Of a stretch of 64,000 nucleotides of DNA, positions 1 to 12,570 are shown piece after piece. A model generated the notes under the pieces. The model did no database searches, was not told where the DNA came from, and saw only the letters and a program-made list of their open reading frames with translations. Positions within the stretch are counted from its first letter, which is position 1. Each line of letters starts with the position of its first letter. Both the position numbers and the translations under genes were made by a program. Source of the DNA: Azolla caroliniana. Its lineage: Eukaryota > Plantae > Polypodiophyta. The DNA lies in assembly GCA_043228905.1 (NCBI GenBank), contig JBHGNT010000006.1:3410001-3474000 (forward strand). Reading direction: 5' to 3'.

Positions 1-1757
1 GTAGCATTGCCAACATGTTTCGGTCGATGTTCTATCAATGTGTCCAATTATGATTGGAAGGAAAGAAAACAATTAAGTATTCAAAATATCTTGTAGTTTT
101 GATAAGTTCACCCTTCCACAAGCAGGGGTAAGCATATGTTCGCGTGGCCTTCACTATCAAGGATTTGGTTTTCCAAAAACATTTAAGAGGTTTACACATT
201 GTAAAAATGATGTGGGGATTGTTGTTTTTCCTCGAGACTCCTTCCAAAGTTCAAACTCTTTTGAGAATCCATGTTTATTGTTTTTAGCATGCATCACAAA
301 GTAGTAGTTAATGTAATGTAAATAGCTTAGTTAATAGTAACTAATTAGTTGTGGTTAATAAGCAATGTAACTAATAGGTAATGTAATGTAATTAACTTAT
401 TATCTATTAGTAGCTTTAGTTGTGCCTAATAATCGATGTAGCTAATAGGTAACGTAGTGCAATAGCTAATATAGTTATTTACTATTACGCTAACAATGAG
501 AAATATTCATATTGAAAGATCTTAGCTTATTGACTAATTTAGATTATTAGGATGAGACAAGGTTCTAACTACCTAATTGACAAGGAATAGTTTATTATCT
601 CGGTAGCTAAGTCATGTACAAGTGTAGTAGGTGGTTAGTTATGTATATCACAATAACGCTAATAAGCTATTGTTGCCCTTGTTTTCATTTGTCTCGTATT
701 AGAATCTTTAACAATTAGGACCATCACGAGCTTGTATGGGAAGGAAACATGTCTCTATGTTATTTACTTTAACCACATACATATGGACTCTCATACACAG
801 GCCCTCTTAGTTCGATGTTTGAGGAACATCACTCATGATCTACTCTCTCCATATACCTCTACACATGTGACGAGAAATGGATGTCACTTAAAATGCTCAA
901 CCTTTTGTCGCCATCTTTAAAGGCACTACATTTGGATTCAAATACATGGCAACTTTGTCAACATGCTTCGGTAAACGTTTTATGCACATACCCCAATTAT
1001 GATTGGCAAGAATGTTAATGCTTGAGTATTTGAAATATCTCATAAAAATCGTTATTAACTTATTTCATCCATGTAAAGCATGAACAAACACATGATTGCT
1101 TGGCCTTGACTATCATTTATGTGTTTTTGTCAACATATTTCAATAAAAGTTCTATACATGTGCCCCAATTATGATTGTTGAGAACATTAAATGCCTAACA
1201 GTTCGTCGATAGATGTGACAATATCTATATCTTCTTCCTTATACATTATGAAAATTTGTATTTGTTAGGATACAAAACATTACACTATGTTCTTCAAGTA
1301 CTCATTAAGGTACTATATCGAAATATTTTTGAAATAAACAAAGAAATAATAAAGAATTTATTCATTGCATTAGTCTATCTTTCATTATGACCTAGAGGAT
1401 AATGAAATGGTATGTAGTGGATTGTTTATGTTGCAAGGGCGCTTGCCCGATGAATATTTTAGTACATTGGTTAACTACTCAACGTTTTCTTTCAATATCA
1501 TATTGTTTGGTTTTTGTAAATGTAGGGCTTGTCATGAGAGTATAGTAGGTAGGTAGAACATTCATGTTTCCACCCTTTTAGATGGATTTGTAATATCTTA
1601 ATCTATTGATTAAGTGAGGTGCAGTTTAATGGAGGAGTTGGAGACCTAGGTTGGGCGACTCCAACCCCAATACGTCGACATAATAAAGGAAATTAGAATT
1701 AGAATTTTTATCTTCCATAAAGAGGCTAGTTTTGACGGGGCCATTTTTATCATAATG

Positions 1758-1788
<31 letters not shown>

Positions 1789-3861
1789 TGGAATATGACG
1801 ATCTTACTAATTAAAGAGGGAGGTTTGAAAGGTACAAAGCATTAGCCTATATACTCCATTGGCATGTGAGAGCCTTAACTATTATAAAACTATACATATG
1901 CTATGGATTTATTAGTACTTCGGCAATTAAGAATCACTTAGTTATAAACCACCCCAACCCCATTGGGTGACTTGGTTAGACGAAAAAACATGCAGGTACA
2001 TTATTGGGTCACTTGATCCCGTTTATTGTGAAGAATATCTCTCACTTTATTGCCAGTTAGATAGGAGCACAAACCTTTATTCACTTTCTACAATGTATAA
2101 TGAAAGTTAGGCATGCATCTCCATGCATTTAGTGAGTGTACATAAAGTGATTGAGTATGTATATTAGCATATCGTTTTCGCGTAAATGTATGATTAGTCC
2201 ATTGATGAGTTACATTGTTACATAATCTATTGCTAGATGCCGACCATAGTTAACCCTTTCTTCGCTTCCTTTAAGGTTTGATGCCATCGAGCATTTATGT
2301 ATGTGCATTTGGTGGTGCAGTGTGTAAACATATTTTGGTATAGTCTTTGACTCTCCACCCTAATTCCCATTATTTATAGACTATCTTCTTGCAATGCACG
2401 TGTTCATGTAAAACAATAACTTTTTCTTTATCCCTTTGTTCTTTTATGTAATAGATAGTGCTTCCTTCTTGCGAGAGCAAGAATGCGTGACATGGTTGTC
2501 AAACAAACATAATATGAATATAGTACATGCCACATGAAAACATTGCCTTCGTAGGCCATGTTAGACCCAAGGGCTGAAAATAAAATCATTGCCTCGAGGC
2601 AATGTTGGAAAGATAGTAGAAGTCTATCATCCTCATTTATTTGCTAGTGGGAAACGTTGATGCGGGGTAAATATTGACAAAAAGTAGTGATGTACATTGT
2701 TGTGCTAAATAACACTACATGAATATTTGAAATTTTCATGAGGGAAACATCATAGAGTTGGAGACAACCATGCAATGATGGCTTGAGATGTTGTCTTTAA
2801 AAGAAGAATTCACCTACAGTAGGGCGATTGAAGATCAAGTTGTTATGTGATATCCCATAGCCATAGTTCCCAAATTCTTACCGAGATGAAAATTGGATAC
2901 ATTATGTGGTGGCTCTGGGAATAGAACCAATTGTTGAAAAGTTCATTCCAAAACAAAAATATTGGGAAATGATTAGAAAGGAGTTGCCTTACCCTCTCAA
3001 AATCTCCCTTAATGGCACAACCATGTGCTAGATTGTTGCTAAATAGTTTTCCCACAAAAAATACAACTCAACTATGCTCCATACTTTATCGTCGTGTCAC
3101 TTTATCAATGGAGGTGGAAGTAACAAGCCATGTACATACTTTGTTAGCTTGTCATTTGATAAAGATTTGGAACCCAGGTAGGTCCCAATATTGTAAACAT
3201 AATTGGATCTACATGTGATGGAAAACGTACTCAATTATGCACCAAATCCTCTATTTTTGTGCCACATGTATATTTCAAGGGCATGTACTATATACCTAAT
3301 GTTCTTGAGTGAATGGGATAAAATAACCATCATTCCTCATTAGATCCTTGTCTTGGTAAAAATATTGTTTATAAACATATTACACTAATATAGAAGGGAA
3401 AAATATGGCTTCAATGGATGCTTTTCATTTGTATTGAATTGATTGATCTTGATCCCATCCTTCCAAAACATATGATCATGTGACTTTCCTCTGAGTTTGA
3501 ATCAAATTTGGTGCAAATGGATGTCCAATGGTGCGGATGGAGAACTCTCTTGTCACGAACAATCATCTTTAACACCACTGTATCGAGGGAGAAAAGAGAG
3601 TATTGTTATTGTCAATTGATGTTGATAGTAGGATAAATAAGTAGTTATGGGTAGAATATGGAATAGCATGAAAATAGATGCCATTGGTTGGTGTCTACTT
3701 CGCATAATATGTTATGGCTATACTTATTCTTTCTTTTTCATGTTCGCTAATTTAATGTGTTGTGGTAGCATTTGCTTCATTTTTTACCTGAATGGTTAAA
3801 AAAGATCACTCACAAACATTTTTCATAGCCCCAATGTTTTTATCTTGCCGTTTTCACTTAC

Positions 3862-3899
<38 letters not shown>

Positions 3900-5379
3900 T
3901 TAGAACTACAAACATTTCACCCTGTATATGTCTCGTGCTTGGTTGCACATAGATACTTTTCCTCTCACACTTATTTCACACTGGCACATTTTGCGTCTTT
4001 ACACCACCATAGTTCACGAATCCGTTAAAGTTGATTGGTTTTTTGGCATTTACTTTGCATGAATCTTCTTTGCATTTTTATTCCATGCATATTTCCGCAC
4101 TTCTTGAAATCTTTCTCGTATTACCGAAACCATGACAAAGGTTTCGTGGATGACTAAGTTAAATAAATAAATATATTGATAATCTATCCCTGTTTAATGA
4201 TTTTCCAAATACTAGACTTGAAAAGAAATTCTAGTGAAAAGCTCACCCAAAAGTTGCATAGCGCGTTGTTCGAGTGAATCAAACCACCAACAAATGCTAT
4301 CTTATTGTGGTTTCCGAAGCTTGTTAGGAAACTGAGAAAAAATGTGTTTGGCATACAATGAATGCTATGTCTACTTCTTTGTAAGTCTTTCTCGAGCGAG
4401 GTAAGCATGGCTCTTTGTCCACTTCCCTTCTAAGTCACTTTGAAGTCCCTACAATGTGCCCAAGGATAAGATCTAATGCGAATATAGGAAGTATGAAGCC
4501 ATGTATGTATATATTAAGCTCGTATCATTTGTTTATTTTAGGCACTCTCTAATTGTGTCACTTACAAGAGTGATACCATGAACATAGTTTTTGGTAGTAT
4601 CTCCTCTATATGATCACGAAATTAAGCAAATTTCAATATTTCCCTTTTGTATCATTTACATGTATTATATGTCTTCGAAATACAATTTTTTGTTGTTGCA
4701 AATGATCAATTTTTGTTTTTTGAAATTAGGTTATAAGCGGTAATTACCAAGTGATGGAGCCAATACCACTCTTTACTCAAATTATTTATTTAAAAAGTGT
4801 GTACCATTTTTCTAAGAAATCAACACACAAGGATGCTCTTGAAGGTGCATTGTCCCAAGCACCCACACTTCACTAAGATTGTACCGCATTAGTTGTGCAT
4901 GTTTTAAGAGGCTAATGTTTTTTGTCTAGGCATGTGGCTTTTGCCACATTCTTTCCATTTTTTTTTTTACACATCTAGTTTAATAAGGCATGATTTGATG
5001 TCCACCTTCTACATATCTCGAGCTGTGCTTTTGTATCACATTTCCAAATTGTCCATGGGCATCGGTGGAATAGCAAGAATGTGCGAGAGTACAAGGGTTC
5101 AGACCCACGACTTTGTGATGTGTGAATGAGGAATGAGGAATGAGGAATGAGGAATGAAGGGTTTTGTGAACTCTCGTTCATTGGTTATTAGTCATAGAAG
5201 TTTTTTTCAAAGAGAAAGACACTAAGATGCTACCCTCGGGCTTCAACCCTCAAGGAGAAGCCATATATATATATTGGTGGTGAAACAAATACATAGGATT
5301 TGAGTTCCCCAAGGAGCCCTTTAGGAGTGAACTCTATTCAAGTGCATTTGTTTATGAGTGAAAAAAGCTCAATCTGTAT

Positions 5380-5423
<44 letters not shown>

Positions 5424-5975
5424 GGTCTATGTCCAGACTCCAAATGCATACATATGTACATATATGTATATTGTGTATAATGTACATAATGAATGAATGA
5501 ATGATAATGTGGCGGGTGTCCGTTGCTGGGGCGGTGTTGTCGGGATTCGAACAAAGGCGCACAAAAACACACAGGAAAACACTAATAAATTTACGATGGA
5601 AAAAACTCCCTCATAAATTTACGACGAAAATAAAAACGATAAAAAAAAAGAGCCAAATAAATATAGAAAGATATGTATGTATGTATATGAAATTAAAATA
5701 AGAAAATAAAATAAAATAAAATAAAGTAGAAACAAAAAACAAAAAAAAAACATATAAAGTAGAAACCCATGAAATAAGAAAGTGGAAGGGCACAAAAAAC
5801 ATACCAAAAATAAAAAATAAAAATTGAAATGGAAAAACGAAAAGGAATTCGAAGCGACATACTATGTATTATTATTATTATTATTATTTATTGTTTTCTA
5901 ATAATATTTATGCTTATTCGTTTTTCGAAATTCCGCTTTGTTTATTTATTTTTACGATTATTCGCTTTCGCTGAT

Positions 5976-6152
5976 GGTGACGTGGCATCCAAGTCAGCCA
6001 GCCTCTGTTTGACTGCAACCCTAGGATGCAGACGTGGCAAGCCTATTTCGTAGGGGTGCCACGTCGGACGGCGGGGGGGCCTACGACCGGCCCTCACGTG
6101 GATGGGACAGCTTCCTGGCGGTTGCCACGTGGCCCGGCTTGGTGACGTGGCA
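5976..6152 (+). promoter_or_regulatory. Cluster of six G-box/ABRE motifs (ACGTGGC/CACGTG) upstream of the WEB-like gene
   Basis: ACGTGGC at 5980, 6032 and 6145; GCCACGT at 6058; CACGTGG at 6095; perfect palindrome GCCACGTGGC at 6124. All lie in a GC-rich island just before the (CT)n-rich putative 5'UTR. Confidence 0.55.
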
Positions 6153-6175
6153 GCGATGGCAGGACCAGCTCTCAG

Positions 6176-6225
<50 letters not shown>

Positions 6226-7886
6226 GTCTCTCTCTCTCTCTCTCTCACTATCCCTCTGCCTCTCTGTTTTCTGAGAGTTTTTAGGGTTTCATAACTTAAG
6301 CTCCTCTCAGCTCTCAGCTCTCTCTCTCTCTCTCTCTCTGAGCCCCTGCATTTTCTCAGAGCTAGGGTTCCATAACTAGAGCTTCTCTTCTTCGAGTTCT
6401 CTGTGCGCCTGCCTCTATGTGATTTCCTCAGGGATAGGTTTCTGCGTTCACAGATACACACACAAACTGCCTCTGTCCCTCGCATTATCTCCGAGTTTTT
6501 GATTTCTTTTTTCTTAGCTTCTCCTCTGTCTAAGAACCTTCCTAAGTGCCTCCTTCAGAATTTGGTTTTGTGTTTCTTTTCTTTATAATCTTTCTCTTTC
6601 TCTCTCTCTCTCTCTCTTCTGCGGTTACGGTCTGCATCGATCAACCTTCCCCGAGAGCAGAAATTAAGCCTGGCACGGGAATTTTAAGTTAAGCCCGCTA
6701 ATTATTGAATTAATCTCCATAGCCGGAAGAGCATTTACGGTAATGAAAAAGAGGCGTTTATTCCAACATTCCAATCTCTTTTCCTTTCATTCTCTTGAAG
6801 CAATTCGTGCATTTCTACTGATACACGTCTTTGTGCTTATTATTGGTATGTAATACCCATGTTGGTTTTCTGCAGATTCAGACTGTGCAGCGAAAAGAGA
6901 AGAAAAGACAAGAAACGAAAAACAACAACAGGGAAAAAGAACCCTCGAGAAAAAAGACTCACGGACCTAGCGATGGAGTATTAAAGAAAAGGTATCTAAA
7001 TAATGCATCTAAAAAGTATCATGTGATTCTTTACCAGATTTCTCTGTGTCTATCTATAATATTAATATGCTTGTTTGTCAGAACCTTTACAGACATATCC
7101 ACCTCGCTTTGCTTTTCTGCTTATATTGATCATTTATGCATATGACTGATTGATCATCTGCAAGCTATGGAAATGGCTCCTAAATTCATGGCCTCAATCA
7201 ATATCCAAGTTTTGTCCTCCATTGCTTGACAAGATTTTGCTTTGGCTCGGTATTCTAATTTTCATAGCCTCGCTTTTTTATGAACGTCAGCCATACAGTT
7301 TCAATGAGTAACGCTCTTCCTTTCCTCTCTTCACTACAACATTTGAAAATTAGTGATTTTTCACCATTAATGTGAATTTGTTCAATTTGATCAAATCAGT
7401 CTTGCGTTATTTTCTTTAAATCCTTAACTCCAACAGTAATTGCTCTGAAAGCTTCTCGTTATAATGAAGCGAAGAATGACGATAAACCCAATCATCCTTG
7501 ATTCCTTAATGTATCAGTAAAGCTACCATCATCATCATCATTCTGATTTATCATGATCGTGCTCACATTCTGTTATATTATCTTCATCTTGACGCTATCT
7601 CCACAGCTTTCCACAACTTTCCATTAATGGAATAGTAGTACACAATGTATTTTTTGGTTGCAGACACAAGCCGTGCGTGCTGCTCTCCGCAGCTTTCCAT
7701 TAATATTTCAATATTTCTTTATTTATTTCTGATCAGATTTTCTTGCAATTTGATGAGACAATTGTTTTGACAGGATAACTACGTTGGGGGATCTAGAGTT
7801 GTATATAGTTACATATTGAATGGAAATCTCTGTAATAAGAAAGCTCTGATAAGCTTCTTCTTGTAAGGGTTTCTACAGAAAAAGCT

Positions 7887-10800
7887 ATGGCCAGTAAAGC
7901 TTCGCCTCATAGTACAGTGTCTACTTCACGATCATCAAAGATATCTAACGATATAAAGCCAGTTTCCATAGATCCATCGCGTAAAATGCCATCGTCTTCT
8001 TCCAACATAAATTCAAATACAAACGCAAGTGCAAGTTCGCCTACTGTCACTTCTTCTGTTACTAAGAAAAAAGCTCTGATCAAAACTGTGGGATCGGAGA
8101 AGAGTTCAAGTCCCAAGGTGATCACACCTGACAAGAGGCCTAGTGTTCGAGCAGTTATCTCCAACATAGAGGTGATCCCAAATTGCAGAAAAGAATACTC
8201 TTTCTCTCATCTAATTATAACTTGAGCTTCTTATTTCTTTCTTTCGTCTTTTCTCAGATATGGCCTGATTTGATATTTTCATTCCATAATGTTAAAACTA
8301 TATGCAGAAAAAGACTCCTTCACTGAGTAGACATGGACAAGGGACACAAGAAGATATTCTCAAGACGAAGGAGAAGCTCGTTTTGTCAGAGAAATCAAAC
8401 CACTACCTGAAGAAAGAGGTAGCAGAGTACAAGAAGCAAGTGGAAAATTTAACATCTGAGCTTCAGAATGCTATAGAAGGTTCGAGAAGAGATAGACTTC
8501 ATGCCGATGAGATAGAAAAAGCAACACAGTCACTGGCTGGGCTATGTCAAGGAGAGCTAGAAGCCATGAAGAAACAGTATGTGTTGGACCTTCAGAAATA
8601 TCAAATTGAAATGGAAGAGTTGAAGAGGGAGCTTCATATCTATGTTGAGGAGAAGAATGAAGCTGTGAGGTTAGCTTCAGAAGCCATGAACGTTGCAGAA
8701 TCCAGAGTGGAGAAGAGAGCAGAAAACATCTCAGCTGAGGCCCTAGTTACAGAAAATGGGACTGATTTGGAGTCTGTTATATTAGCTAATCTGGATACAA
8801 GGGAAGAGTTAAAAGGTCGTTTGGTTCAAGAGCTTGATCTCTGTAAGGATGAATCAAAGGCTGTATCAGACCATGCCTTTGAGGATAATGAATCAACAGA
8901 TTTATCAGAACATAAGCGTGAAGTGAAAGATTCAAAGTATGAACTAGAACACATTAAATTCGAAAAGGGGAAATTAAAGGATCTATCAGAATATCATGCC
9001 TTTGAGGAGGATGAATCAAAGACTATATCAGAACCTATTATCTTTGTCGAGGAAAGATCAATTATTGCGTCAGAAAATACTCTGGAAGAGGTAGAATCAA
9101 AGAATATATCGGAGCCTTCCACTTTTAAAGAAGTGGAATCAAAGAATACATCAGAAAACACTTCTCACAAAGGTGAGGAACATAAGAAGACACAGAAGGA
9201 AGCCACCACTGTATCTGACTTTGAGCTAATGGATCTGAAAAAAAAGTTTCTATCTCTTAGCACAGAGCTTCAAATTTCCAAAGAAACTGAAGAGAAGTGT
9301 AAACTGAAGATAGCAGAACAAGGTTTGGAAGTGGACTATCTCCATTCAGAGCTTATGAATGCCAATTTACAAGTTTCAAATATGAAATCTACCATCGGGC
9401 AACTTAAGACCGACCTCAGAGATGCTAAAGAAGCTGAAAAGAATGGATCAGTAAATGGTAGCCATTCTAAAATGCATGACAATAGTGTGAATACTGAGTT
9501 GTTGGGCATTTATACTTCAACTATGGATGTATCAAAGGTAAGAGAAGCTGCAGAAGAGAATGCGGTCAAGGTAACTGTGGAAGAGTGTGTGCTTTTGACG
9601 TTTCTTGAATCACTTGTAGCTGAACTAGCAAAAAAAGAAGGCCACATTGGGATACTTCTAGAGAAAGAAGCACATGAAAGTATGGAATCTCAAGTTTTGA
9701 AACTGGAAATGGCAAGGATGATAGAAGAAAATAATCATGAATTGATGCTCCTCGGCAAGAAATTAGCTAGTGCTGATGCAGAAAAGGCGAATCTGAAAGC
9801 TGAGTTACAAGAAAAAATCTCAGAGCTAGCTTCATCTGTGATGAAAGAAACAACAGCAATTCAAAGTGCCAGTGATCTTCAGAATAAGTTAGAAGATGCT
9901 CAAATTCAGTTAGCAGGGATAATGAGAGAAGAATCAGCATTATCTGAGAGGTATAGGGCACTGATGAGGCAGATGGATTTTAACAAGAAGGAGCTCTCAG
10001 ATTTGAGAGAGAGAGAGAACAACATGGCTTCTATTGTCTCTGCCATTAAAGAAGAACTTGAAGTGAAGAACATGGAAGAGGTAGAACTAAGAAAGGCAGT
10101 TTCGAGTTCAAATAAAAGGTGTTTTGCATTATCGTCTGAATTGGACCGAAGTCAGTCGGAAGTACTTCAACTCAGAAGAAAAGGATCTGATACTTGCGTT
10201 AAACTTGCTGCACTGTGTGTCGTCCTAACAAACATATCTGAAAGATATGATAGAAGAATCCATGAGCTTGAAAGAGATTTACACACTCAATCGTCAGAAT
10301 TGAATGATGAGCTCATAAGGATGAAGATGGAGTTTGAGAAAACATTAGATCTTGCTCGAGTAGCAAGAGAAAAGGAGGTTCTCTGTAAAGATAAAGCAAG
10401 AGATGAAATAGAGACATTGAAAGAGCAGCTTACTGTTTCGAAAGCAAAGGAAGAGGAAATTCTGAAAGAGCTACAAGATGTAATGCAGGAGAATGATTCA
10501 GCTTGGGAGGAGATTGAATCACTGAGAAAAAATGTAACGGAATTAGAAATCAAGAGTGATGTACAGGGAACTCAAGAAATGAAACAAGAACTAGAAATGC
10601 TCAGAATGGAGATGATAAAGTTGAGGAAGGAGAAAGAAATGGCAGAAATTGCTTGTAAGTCTGCAGAAGATAGGCTTGAGGTGCAACTAGAGTCACTAAA
10701 ACAACAGAGAGAGTCATCGCTCACAATGATGGATTGCATTGTTTCAAATGAAAAGGATTTAAGTGATCTTAGAATCAAACTTACGAATGCTGAGGCAGAG

Positions 10801-11349
10801 ATGGAAGAAGCCAAAGCTAATAGCAAAAGAAGCCAAAGGGAGCTTGATAACTACAGATTAGAAGAAGAGTTCAAGGAAAGGCAGATAACCGAGTTAAGAC
10901 AACATCTTGCAGATACAGAAAAAGCAAAACTCAATTTAGAAGGTGAGATACAGCGATTGCTAGAAGAAAACAAGAAATTTCAAGTTGCTGTAGTGGATTC
11001 AATGCTAGACATACCCATTCATTCAGAAGGTCCAAATGGGTATTCTATCCCAGAGCGTAGGGAAGAGAAACCTCAAGCAGATAATGGTCAGATGAATAGG
11101 GTTGTCTTGAAACAGAGCTCATCTCTATCTGAAGCTATAAGGAGGGCAGATAGTGGATTAAGAGATTATACGGAAGGGGGGCTTGCAGAGCAATTGTCAT
11201 GTTTATCTATGAGGAGAGATGATGTAACCTTCCATGATGAGTTAATCTCATTGCCCTCTGAGGAGGAAGAGGAGAAGAAGATGAAGAAGAAGAAGAAGAA
11301 AAGCCTGCTCACTAGGCTTGGCACCCTTTTGGACAAGAAGAAACCCTAG
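7887..11349 (+). CDS. WEB-family / ICR-like long coiled-coil protein (At5g16730/At3g02930-like); coding exons 7887-8171 and 8308-11349
   Basis: Ser/Pro/Lys-rich N-terminal exon joins in frame (GAG|gt...cag|AAA, phase 0) to a 1015-aa Glu/Lys-rich heptad ORF. The C-terminus KKKKKSLLTRLGTLLDKKKP resembles the basic KKKK-x-LL-x-K-x-G-x-LL-KKK tail of this family. Confidence 0.75.
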
Positions 11350-12231
11350 AATTAAACACTGAGAAGATCGACTCTGGTTTCCATTGAACCTGGACATACA
11401 GTCATTCATTCAAAGGATTTTTTGTTATTTGGATCGGCCGGCATGGATTTGGGCCTTGTGTGCAGGTATGCAGATTTGGCTTGACTACAGTTTTCATTGA
11501 AGGCTGGCAGGCAGGCCTTAGCTCTTAGGAATGGCATAACACTCCATATTGGATCATTGTTTGCCTATTTATATTATTTCTTCATGAAAGTGGATTTAGC
11601 ACACCAATAGATCAAGTGTCAAGTCACATAACTTCCTGTCTTGGAAAGAAAAACACATAAAATTGAGCTCATCATTTTGACACTACCTGGATATATATAG
11701 TCTCTATATATAGAGACATGTCTCTTCCACTATTATTAGTAGTGTCATGTTGTGTTATGTGCACAAAAAAGGATATCTCAATTCGGAGGTTGTTGGATCT
11801 CTCATGAATTAAAGTGCTGTTAGATCTCTCATGATTGAAATGTCGTTCGATCTCTCGTAATTCATTCAATGTACAAATTGAGATCTCACCCGAAATATTT
11901 GATGATATTTGCCTCCTCTTCTTTTCCGAAACCGTAACTTAATTTAAAGAAATATAGAAAATGAACCCCCCCTCCCCCCCTCTTTTGGATTTAGAGTGAG
12001 ACATATAGAGAGACCTGACTTAGAGAAAGAGGGAGAGCTAGGATTTTATAAATCAAGGTGACATTTTCGTCAGTCCTGTATCTACCATTTACATTGTTAA
12101 CTTTTCAACTAGAAGGGTAAACTGATAATTTAGAAGCTGGTAGTCTAAAGAAAAGTAAACAATGTAGATAATTTAGAAGCTGGTAGTCCTATATCTACCG
12201 TTTGGTTAGCCAAAAGAAAGAATCCATATTA

Positions 12232-12570
12232 GTTTTTGAAAAGTTTTGTAATCCATTTTGCCCTTAATATGAGGTGGGGTATTTTTGATATTTTCTCAGT
12301 ATTTTTGGGAAAAAGCACCTGCATATGGCTGCTTTTGTTTTGGTATATGTATGTATGAATGAATGAATACCCCCTTAATGAACGAGGAAGTCTGAATAGA
12401 ATTCATCTGTTTTTCAAAAGTTTTGTAAATCCATTTTACCCTTAATATGAGGAAGGGTATTTTTGATATTTTCTCTGTACTTTTGGAAAAAGCACCGGCA
12501 TATGGCTTCCTTAGTTTTGGTATATGTATGTACGAGTGGATACCCCTTAATGAACGAGCAAGTCTGGAAT
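12232..12570. repeat. Diverged ~178-bp tandem duplication
   Basis: Unit 'aaaagttttgtaa..ccatttt.cccttaatatgagg...atacccc.ttaatgaacgag.aagtctg' occurs twice back-to-back. Confidence 0.8.

Noticed and set aside
2400-3600. Coding-like composition suggesting a decayed TE ORF
   Set aside because: Many stops and no identifiable motif.
5505-5560. GTTCGAATCC on the minus strand as a possible tRNA
   Set aside because: No T-stem or cloverleaf can be formed around it.
5300-6590. Numerous short ORFs in both orientations
   Set aside because: They derive from (TACA)n, A-rich and (CT)n/(CA)n low-complexity sequence in a promoter/5'UTR.
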